A DNA stretch of 27,612 bases. It comes from Prorocentrum cordatum (Eukaryota). The notes beneath the pieces were generated by a model. That model made no database searches and was not told the DNA's origin. It saw nothing but the letters and a program-made list of their open reading frames with translations. Every line of letters starts with the position of its first letter. The stretch's first letter is position 1. The position numbers were made by a program, and so were the translations under genes. The stretch is from the NCBI GenBank assembly GCA_963575745.1, contig CAUYUJ010000114.1:1488001-1515612 (forward strand), read 5' to 3'. Below, one piece after another: positions 12,083 to 20,902 of the stretch.

Positions 12083-12167
12083 TTTGGCCTGCGGAGCCCG
12101 CAAGTTGCAGAAAACCTTCCGTCTGGCTTGTCTCACAGCGCGAGGGGGCCTCGAGGTGCCTGCTCGC

Positions 12168-12694
12168 CTCCTCCATCATCTCGTGGTCTGACGCGTCGCC
12201 CCCGCCCAGGTCGTCGTCCAGCAGCGGCGCGCCCAGGCCCACGGCCGCCCCGCCCCCGACGCCCACGCCAAGCTCGGGCGCAGGCTCTGGCGCCGAGGGC
12301 TCCACCGGCGCCGCCGGCGCGGGCGAGGCGGGCGCGGCGGGGGCCGGCGCCGGCGAGTCCGCCGTCGGCGCGGCTGGCGCCGGCGAGTCCGCCGTCGGCG
12401 CGGCTGGCGCCGGCGAGTCCGCCGTCGGCGCGGCTGGCGTCGTCGGCGATGCCGCCGTCGGCGCGGCCGGCGTCGGCGATGCCGCCGTCGGCGCGGCCGG
12501 CGTCGGCGATGCCGCCGTGGGCGCGGCCGTCGCCGGCGCTGCGGCGGGGGCGGGCGGCGGCCGCGCGGGGGCGCGGGCAGCGGCCGCCGGCGCGGCGGGG
12601 GGTGGCTGCGGCGCGCCGCTTGCGGGCGGCGGGGCCGCGGCTGGCGGCCGCGGGTGGGCGGCCGAGGCGCGGCTCGGCTGGGCGGCCGAGGCGC
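12168..12694 (-). CDS. Candidate large Pro/Ala-rich exon ending LLDDDLGGGDASDHEMMEE, with 10-aa repeats PAAPTA(D/A)SP(A/T)
   Basis: Open frame, in-frame GAG|GCGAG donor at 12168/12167, ccgAG|G acceptor at 12695/12694. Confidence 0.55.
12340..12535. repeat. 30-bp coding tandem repeat, about 6 units
   Basis: ggcgccggcgagtccgccgtcggcgcggct x3 grading into ggcgtcggcgatgccgccgtcggcgcggcc x3. Confidence 0.9.
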
Positions 12695-12741
12695 CTCGGG
12701 GCCGCGGGCCCGCGGGGCCGAGGCCGTGCGGGCGCCCTGGC

Positions 12742-12895
12742 CTGTCTTGCTGGCCGGGCGCGGCGCGGCCGGTGCCTTGGGCTGGCCCGCAGGGCCGCTC
12801 GGCGGGGCGGCCGCGGTGCCCGTCGGCGGCGCGGCGGCCCGGTGCTTCGCCGCGGCGGCCGGTGCAGTGCGGCGCAGGGCGGGGCTGGCGGGCGC
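12742..12895 (-). CDS. Candidate exon (APASPALRRTAPAAAAKHR...PRPASKT-G), separated from the next exon by a putative 47-nt GC-AG intron
   Basis: caAG|G acceptor, CAG|GC donor; 154 nt, phase 0 to 1, compatible with the phase-1 start at 12694. Confidence 0.4.
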
Positions 12896-12910
12896 CTTGC
12901 CGAGGGCTCT

Positions 12911-13041
12911 CCCTGACCTTCCAGCGTGCTGAAAAATAGCCCTCCAGACCCATAGACCTGCCTGGGCTGCCTCAGACCTCGGCAGGAATCAGGAATATCG
13001 AGGTCCTGGTGCTATTTTTTAGCCCTCCTGGCAGGTCAGGG
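12911..13041 (+). mobile_element. MITE family G, copy 2 (2-bp TSD CT)
   Basis: ccctgaccttccag...gctgaaaaatagc / gctattttttagc...ctggcaggtcaggg flanked by ct/ct. Confidence 0.75.
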
Positions 13042-13399
13042 CTGGCTCAGACTGGGGAGAGGATCGGGCGAGGGATCGCTGGATGGGGGACGTGAAGCGC
13101 CGCGGCCGATGGAGGGCCTGTCGAGTTGGGAAATCCTGGGCCGCCCGCCTCGCCTCGGCAGGGGGGAAGAACAAGAAGTGCGCCGGACTCTGAACATCTG
13201 AGGGCGAGTTCCTTCTTGTTCGGTGGCCCCATCGCAAATATTAAACCCACAAATAGACCTCCATTGCCGGGCATACGCAGGCGGGTCGCTCACCAGTCGA
13301 ACGCAAACAGCCTGCGCACTACGCTATGGAGAGCAGCATTGTACCCTCCGACGCCGGCCCTGGAACAGCACCGGACCACCACAACATGCGAGCCGCCGG

Positions 13400-13700
13400 T
13401 GTAAGCAACTCACAGCTCGAGCACTCCACGCATATGATGGAGCGTGAGCATGCCCTTCTGTGAACTACGAACTGAAGCGCGGGTCTCACGCGAGATGGCA
13501 TAGCGACCTTACGCCGCGGCTTACGCGGGCCGCCACCAGCGGCACGCCAGCACGAATGTTGGCAAAGAAGGCCCCATGTTTGGCGTCGCTGATGTGGTCC
13601 ACCACTGCTGGGGTTCCCGACACGGTGCCGTGCGGTGACCTCGACATCCCCAGAAACATCACTGCGCGGTCCGCCGCCACAAGGTTTCGGGACATTTGAG
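13400..13700 (-). pseudogene. Decayed non-LTR RT C-terminal (palm/thumb) fragment
   Basis: VMFLGM...VVDHISDAKHGAFFANIR, then RVRPALQF in a shifted frame; resembles the [YF]LG...HRIxxAxxAF...RPxLxY pattern after RT domain 7; by eye. Confidence 0.35.
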
Positions 13701-13937
13701 GCCCCAGTCGCCCGAGACTTCCTCGGAGAACGACCCGTGTCCCAAAACCGCGCGCTCACCCCAGATCCACGAATCCCCACTGACTCACCACACGGTGTGG
13801 GCACCGAACCATACCATGTGGGGGCGCCCCCGAGCCACTCGCCTGCCCGCCTGCTCACCGCGCTCACCCACACGGACGCTTCGGGATCAGGAAGGCACGG
13901 AGGACCGGCGCCCTGACACGCGATGTCTTGATTTCCC

Positions 13938-14067
13938 CTTGCCGTCGCTCGGACGTCCATTTCCCGTGCACGTTTCGGTTTCGTGCGTGTTTTTTTTGCT
14001 CGATGGTCCAGGACGGTCCTCGATGGTTCTCACCGAGAAAACATGCACACGTCCGAGCGATGCCAAG
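13938..14067 (+). mobile_element. MITE family A, copy 1 (TSD TCCC)
   Basis: cttgccgtcgctcggacgt...acgtccgagcgatgccaag flanked by tccc/tccc. Confidence 0.9.
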
Positions 14068-14271
14068 TCCCCCTGTACAGGGCCCCTGGAATCCCGACCC
14101 GTTCTTTCCTTGGGGCTGGTCCTCCGTCCCGAGCCATTGTTTGACGGCCCTGGGCCCGGCGAAGGCCCACGGAGGCCGGAAGCGGCCAAAACCCTCTAAC
14201 GTCGCGACGTTTGCCACGACGCGGGCACGTCTGGGCACGGAGGTGTGCGCGCGGCCGGGCCGGGGGGCGGC

Positions 14272-14361
14272 CTGCAGCGGAGCCGAGACGGCGCCGATCC
14301 TCATCGGCACGAGGGCCGTGGACGTCGCGGGCCGCTTCGTCGCATCCGGCTTGGTGGGCCC
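14272..14361 (-). CDS. Candidate exon (GPTKPDATKRPATSTALVPMRIGAVSAPLQ)
   Basis: cgAG|G acceptor, CAG|GC donor, 90 nt, phase 0-0, GC3-rich. Confidence 0.35.
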
Positions 14362-15124
14362 CTCGCACTGCTGACGTATTCGCTGGATCGCCGCCTGAGC
14401 TGGGACGGGAACGATGTCATGATAGGATGGGCTCAGGATACGTTCCAGGATGTCGACCATTGGCTGCCCTCGTCTCTGCAGCCCCTTGTGGAGCATCAGG
14501 AAACGCTGAAGTCCTGGAAATCGTGGAACGTATGATAATCATGACCTCTTGCTCCTCTGATGAGCGGACGCAGAATGGCATGGAGACCTTGTGTGATGGC
14601 TTGCGCGGGCCACCAGCGCGGCACGCTATCTCTCACGCTCCATCTTACGCAGGCGGCTCACGCCCGAATATCGGCGCAGTCAAACCCGTCTCTGCGTCGC
14701 CCACCTGACGGGACGCAGAATGACATACCATCACGGCAGATTCGCGTCGTGGCGTTCGGCGGCGACCCCGCCGCCAGCGTTCAACGTTGGACGCCGCCGG
14801 CGACCCAGAATCGGTCGATGTTGCACGATCTGACGTTTCGGAACTGGCCGATCGTTCAAAGTTGAGTGGTCCCCGCGGCGTCGAGAACCAACGCCGGGGT
14901 CGGCACGGCACAAACCTGCCCGGTTGTTGTTTGGAAGAACCTTCCCAAAACCTCCCGAGGACCATCCTCGGGGGAATTCTCTTCTGGAAGGCCCGCGCTG
15001 AAACCTCCCCCAAACCCCCCCCTCTGAAGAATTGTCTGCAAGGGCCTTCCTCGAACCCTGCAGAAACTGTCCTCGGTCCTCGGGGTGGTTGGTTGTTTTG
15101 AAGACTCATCCTACAATCTTCGGA

Positions 15125-15257
15125 CTCGCCATCGCTCGGACGTCCATTGCCTGTGCTCTTTCCGATTCCGTGCGTGGCTTCTTCGCCAAGTGATCGAGGA
15201 TGCTCCTCGATGGCCCTCGCCGAAGACAAAAAATGCACACGTCCGGGCGATGCCGAG
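15125..15257 (+). mobile_element. MITE family A, copy 2 (TSD CGGA)
   Basis: ctcgccatcgctcggacgt...acgtccgggcgatgccgag flanked by cgga/cgga. Confidence 0.9.
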
Positions 15258-15721
15258 CGGAACACTTGTCCTTGAACACCCAGGACATCCCGACGAGAAG
15301 CGTATGGCTTCTCGATGCGCGCCCGCACTCTGCACGCCCTCCCGCCCTGGGCAGCGTGCACAGCCCGCCGATCCTGGGCACTCGGGATCGGCCCGGCCAG
15401 GATCGCCGTGCAGTCGGGCTGCTGCAAGAAGGAGCGATAAACAAGGAACGAAGCCCCTTTTTGGCCCCACGAGCGCATGCGTGCACGAGGAAGGACAGAG
15501 GAAGAGCCGAGCGGAATAGCTGTGTCTGTGGGTTTCTTCCCCTCCTGAAGAATGGCTTGCGCTCACCGCGCTGCCCCGAGCAGCGCCGCGAACACGGCAG
15601 GACGGGGGCCTCTCCTGGCCACGGCGCGCGTCGGCCGCCCGCGGGGGTCCCCCGGCCCCTGGCCTGCGAACAGCGGGCGGCAGGCGCCCGCAGACCAGGG
15701 GCCCCTCGGGAGCCCCAAAGG

Positions 15722-15885
15722 TTACCAGCCTCGGCCTCGAACTTATCCCTATCCCTAGGATTGGCACGCCAAGAGGCGACGACAATCTCAGGGATGCGCC
15801 CTCAAAACAGAAGGGAATCCCTACGATTGGCACCGTGAGGAGGAGATGCCCAGCAGAGGGACAGGGATATGTTTCAGGCTGGTAG
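15722..15885 (+). mobile_element. MITE family B, copy 1
   Basis: ttaccagcc...ttatccctatccct / agggacagggatatgtttcaggctggtag; flanks aaagg/caagg; homologous to 26132-26289. Confidence 0.8.
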
Positions 15886-16371
15886 CAAGGGCGGTCCTCC
15901 CTGCAGCGACCGGGGAAACCAGAAGGCACCGATGCCGTCGGGCCGCCGAAGGAAGGAACGCGAAATCGGGAGCGAAGCCTCTTCTTGGCCGGTTATAAGC
16001 GCACCCGTGCCCCCGGGAGGGCAGGAGGAACAACGCCGGAGGAACCTGAGGGACCTCGAGCCCCTTCCGAACCCAAACTCTTCCTATAATGTCAGCGCCT
16101 TGGCTGTACCGCTGCGCCCGGGACCTCTCCCATGGGTGCGGTCTGACCGGGCCATCTCGGGGCCCTCCACGGCCCCAGGGCAGCAGAGAGACTGCCCAGG
16201 GTGAACCGCTTTTTGACCCGCGGGTCGAGGGCGCACCTCTTCCGGTCGAAGCCAAGCGGGCTGCGCGAAGCTTGAATTGGGCAGAGAAGAGGAGCCCAGG
16301 GTGAACAGCGGGTGCTGGGAAAGCCCAGGGGCCCAGGCCCCTGTGCCCCCTCCGGGAGCCCTCTCCCTCGC

Positions 16372-16539
16372 TGAAGGGGCCCTGGGACACACAAAAAAAT
16401 AAATACACACTAAGAACAGGACTCCCCCATATTTTCGCACATTTTCTGGGCTTTGGTCTCCCCCCCCACTGCACATCTTTTCCCATATTTTCCTGGGAGT
16501 CGACGATTCATTGTGTCTGTGTGTCTCTTCCCCTCCTGA
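16372..16539 (+). mobile_element. Dispersed repeat family C, copy 1 (degenerate TIR gacacaca / tgtgtgtc)
   Basis: Aligns by eye with 24706-24867 (shared ttttcctgggagtcgacgatt...tgtctgtgtgt...cccctcctga); a right-end-only copy lies at ~15521-15548. Confidence 0.65.
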
Positions 16540-16687
16540 CTCGTCGTGGCGGCCACGGGCCACGGGCTGGCCCGTCGTAGGGGATACTGCAGTATGCACG
16601 GCACACGGATGTGAAGCACGGGCGCTGCGCGACGGCCGCGCGGCGCACTGCATACGCCAAAGCTGGCACGAGCAGCGCGGGAGGCCA

Positions 16688-16819
16688 CTCGCCATCGCTC
16701 GGACGTCCATTGCCTGTGCTTTTTTTCGATGTCGTGCGTGGCTTTTTCGCCACATGATCGAGGATGCTCCTCGATGGTCCTCGCCGAAGAAAAAATGCAC
16801 ACGTCCGAGCGATGCCGAG
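16688..16819 (+). mobile_element. MITE family A, copy 3 (TSD GCCA)
   Basis: 19-bp TIR with 1 mismatch, flanked by gcca/gcca. Confidence 0.9.
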
Positions 16820-17092
16820 GCCAATCTCTGGGAAAACCGAAAGGGTACCGATATCGCTATACTCCCCGAACCTCTCCCGGGGCGCCTTCCCACCGGCACG
16901 TCGAGGCGAATCCGGCGGCGAGGACGAGGGCCTTCCAGAAGGCCCCCAGAGAGGGGAACGCGAGGCAAATGGGTAGCGGTGTGGGTACTCCTCTCCCTCC
17001 TCCGAATCGCAAAATCTCGAGGCATAAAAAGGACGGGCAGGATCCGAGGCCGGATCCCGGTCTGGCCGCCGGTCTGGCCGCCGGCCTGGCCC

Positions 17093-17473
17093 GAGGAGGA
17101 GGAGGAGGAGGAGGAGGAGGAGGAGGAGGAGGAGGAGGAGGAGGAGGAGGAGGAGGAGGAGGGGGAGCGGGAGAAGGAGGGGGAGGAGGAGGAGGAGGGC
17201 GGGAGGAGGAGGAGGGGGGTGGAGGAGGAGGAGGAGGAGGAGGAGGAGGAGGGAGGAGGAGGAGAGGAGGAGGAGGGAGGAGGGCAGGGGAGGGGGAGGG
17301 GGGAGGAGGAGGAGGAGGAGGAGGAGGAGGAGGAGCAGGAGGGGAGGAGGAGGAGGAGGAGGAGGGGCGCCCGGTCTGGCCGCCGGTCGCCGACGGCCTG
17401 GCAGGAGGAGGAGGAGGAGGAGGAGGAGGAGGAGGAGGAGGAGGAGGAGGAGGAGGAGGAGGAGGGGGAGGAG
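17093..17473. repeat. (GGA)n tract at the LINE 3' end, preceded and interrupted by ggtctggccgcc units
   Basis: Read directly. Confidence 0.95.
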
Positions 17474-17625
17474 GATCGGCGCGGCATAGAGCGGTCCAGT
17501 CGAGCCAGGACCGCCCCGAGCGCGACCTCGCGCCCCACGCGAGGCCGCAGTGGCGACGAGGCCCCCCCGCCGCGTGAGTGCGACCGCCCCTAGCACCCCG
17601 CAAGCGGGGTCCTAGACGGCCGCAC

Positions 17626-20600
17626 TCACCCCAGGCCCTCGGGCCTGGCGGCACCCACAGGCACGGGAGCCACGGAGGCCACACGGGGCCCCCCGCCGCC
17701 AGGGTCCGAGGCGAGTCCAGCAGCCCCGCCTGGCTTGGCCCCCTGGGGGCCTCCAGTGCGGGGCGTACGCGCAGCAGCGCCGTCGCTCAGCCCCGCCGCG
17801 TCACAGCCGCGGCGGTAGGCGGCCAGGAGCGAGGCGACCACGGAGCTCCGCCGCGCTGCCTCCGCCGCCTCCGCAGAGCCCGCGGCCGCTCCCTCTCCCT
17901 CCTCGCCCCCGCCAGCAGGGCGGTGAGCCCGCGGCAGGGGCCCCTGGTGGCGCCGCACTGGCGGCTCTTCCACCCCTCTTGGGCCGCTCTCTGCCGCCTC
18001 AGCAGAGTCCGCGCCCTCGTCCTCGCCCCCGCCCGCAGGGCGGTGAGCCCGCGGCGGAGGCCCCTGGTGGCGCCGCGCTGGCGGCCCTTCCACCCTCTTG
18101 GGCCGCTGGCGTCCCTTCGGCCTTCCCCATCGGCCTCGCCCTCCCCAGGGGTCGTGGGGGTCGCCGCGGCCTCTGCAGCTGCTCCAGCGGCGCACCAGTC
18201 CTCACCTCCAGCGCCGTCGCCGCCTCTGACGCCCTCCGCCGCCTCAGAGCCCCAGTCCTCACCTCTCATAGGTGGCACGCTCTGGCCACCGTCCTCGCCA
18301 CGAGCGACGGGGCTCCCACTGATGGGCTCGGCGGGAGGAGGGGCGGGGCCAGCGCCCACCTCCTCTGCTGCTGCCGTCGGCTCGCCACCGCCAAGGCGCC
18401 GCAGCGCGACGGCAACCTCGCTCGCGATCCTGGGCGCGAGCCCAGCACGCAGGCGCGCGATAGCCGCGCTGCCCGCGGCCGAGGGCGGCGTCTTGCACTC
18501 CAGCCCGAAGCTGCAGGCGCGAGCGGCTCCAGTGAACCCGCACCTGGTGCATGCGACCAACGGCAACCTCCGCTCCAGCTCGCTGTCCAGCACAGGAGCG
18601 ATGGCGACCAGGTCGTGCGCCGCGAGCCCCTTCTGCACCAGCAGCTCGTTGGCCTTCACCGCGTCCTCCAGGATGCTGCCAGGGCACTCGCCAGCGCGGT
18701 TGGTCCACCTGCAGACCTCACACCATCTGTCCTTGCCCTTCCCGCGCCAGCTGCAGCTCAGCCACGCGGAGGCTTCACGGCGCCGCCGAACCGCCCTCTT
18801 CGGCCGCTCCTTGCGATGGGTGGTGTCGCTGCCATCCACCCATGTGCCGACCGCAGTGCACCACATGGCCACCAAGTCCACCTGCTGCCGAGCCAGGTGC
18901 AGCTTGCGGCGATCGGCGGCCGAGGCACGGCCCTGGGCAGCCGCCGCCTTCGCAGCTGCGTCGGCGTACGAGTTGCCCTTCCAGTCGCGGTAGCTGATGG
19001 CGCCGTCCACGACCTGCCTCCTGGTGCGGTGGGCAGGGACCCATCGGAGGTGCACTGCACGACCAAGCCCTCCTCTGTCGTCCACCAGGGCCCACGCCAG
19101 CCGCCACAGGTGCGCCCAGGAGTACGCGTAGGCGGCAGTGTTCGTGCGACCCGCCTTGTAGAAGCCGTCGTACACGTACTTCGAGTCGACCACCAGCGTG
19201 ACCACGCCCATGCTGAACCGCAGCGCCATGATCACCGCCATGAGCTCGCCCCCGTTGATGTCGACGTAGGCGCCGCACAACTGCCCAGCAACGGAGGCCA
19301 GGTAGCAATCGGCATCGGGCTGCAAGGCGACCACGCTCCAGCCGACCGATGCGAACTCGTCGAAGTCGGCCTCGAACGCGGAGCCGTCGAGGAAGAACTC
19401 GCCACCAGGGAGGACCCCGCCGTCGTGGTCGCCGCGCCAGCACACCAGGTCACTGGCCCGTGGCTTGCGTAGCCCAGGCGGCGTCGGCCACAGGCACCGT
19501 TCCAACAGCAGGGTGACCTCGGGCAGGTGGCTCCGCTTCCTGAGGTCCGCGATCTCCTTCGGAAGCGTCAGCACCTCTCTCCAGCATTCGCAATCGCAGT
19601 GGCGATGCAGGAGCGTCCCTCTGCCCCCGCACCGCAGGCACTCAGCACCCTCGGCAAGGCCCTTCTCCTCCTTGCGCGCCTGGGGCCACTGCCCATTGAC
19701 CACCAGGGAGTGGAGGTACGCCCGCTCCTTGAGTGTGAGCCGCACCTTGGTGCCCGCGGCGATACCGTCCCTCCTGTCCGCCACGCTCGTGACACAGCCA
19801 GTGGAGGTGAGCCTGATGAGCGGCTCCAGCGTCCCGCCCTCCGCCAGGTGAGCGCACCCAGGCGCCAGGCTGGCTTGTCTCCACTGCCACTTCACGATGG
19901 CCCGCTGCACCAGCTTGATCACGATCCACGGGGAGATGTCAAACGGCGCAAGGAGGCCACCATCGTCCATCCTCCAGCAATTGGCCGTGACGACCTCCCA
20001 GTCAACCCTCCGCAGCGAGAGAAGCGTCGCCGCGCAAGGGCCCTGGACGTGGGCCCACGTGACCGTGCGCGCGTCCTGCAGGCATAAGACCACCATGTGG
20101 CGTGGCACCCAGCCCTCCCACACCGCGCGCAGTAGCATCTGCACGGGCTTGCACGTGGCGTCGACTATCGGGTCGAGCCCTGGCTGGAGCATCATCGTGA
20201 GGGTCCTTGACTTCTCCGCCGTGGTGTTCGACACCGCCACGAACGTCAGGGACCTGGCACGATCGAGCTCGGTCGTGGCGCAGCCTGTGATGGCCGTGCC
20301 GTACCCGATGCTGGGGTGCAGGGCGGTCTTCGCGAGCCTCCTCGTCGCGGGCTTCCTGCCTTTCGTCATCTTGACGATCTGCACCCTCCGAAGGCGCTGC
20401 TGGGCCTGCTGCATCCTTCCTGCTCGTACTTCACGTCCGAGCCGCTTGCCTCCACTGAAGTCGACGCCCAGGTTGCGCTCCTGCCTCGCCGCAGTGACGC
20501 CTGCCGTCCTCTGCAGCCTCCGCTCCAGCTCGTGCCTCGCCTCAGGGTAGTTGGAGAGGGCCCTGGACTTCTTGGTGGCGATGCGAAGGTCGGCCTTCCC

Positions 20601-20847
20601 CAGGAGCTCCTTGAGGCGCCGTGTCGCCGTCGCCACCTCATCCACCGTGCGCCGCAGGCCTCCGACACGCTTCAGGATGAGATCGTCCACCACCACCGAC
20701 AGGGAGACGGTGGGCACCAGCGCTTGCAGCTTGTCGAGGGGCTCGATCAGCATCATCTTGAGCATGAGCGTGGCGAAGCCGTCGCCTGGCAGCACCGCCT
20801 GCTTGGTGGCGATGGGGTTGCTCAAGGCCTCTCCCAGCGCAAGCCAC
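17626..20847 (-). pseudogene. LINE ORF2 3' part: RT C-half, Zn knuckle (CLRC..H..C, ~19590-19640), RNase H (~18940-19400), C-terminal Cys/His finger, low-complexity tail with probable 1-nt frameshift near 18093
   Basis: ORF 17787..21065 translation; RNase H acidic residues and His all present; tail frame inferred from the internal duplication (stop at 17787 uncorrected, 17626 corrected). Confidence 0.85.
17865..18107. repeat. ~120-bp tandem duplication in the ORF2 tail
   Basis: cctcgcccccgcc.gcagggcggtgagcccgcggc...cttgggccgct at 17901 and 18021. Confidence 0.9.
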
Positions 20848-20902
20848 CTCGGAGATCTGGGAGAGCTGCTCAGCTTGAGCATGAGCGGGAGCAGCAAGCC
20901 AC

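Noticed and set aside
14350..14535. Plus-strand peptide GGPLALLTYSLDRRLSW... resembling the LINE post-RT segment QGPCAATLLSLRRVDW
   Set aside because: Too short and weak to call by eye, and it overlaps a competing minus-strand exon candidate
16843..16990. Weak inverted repeat gggtaccgatatcgcta / tagcggtgtgggtactc
   Set aside because: Several mismatches in 17 bp, single copy, no TSD
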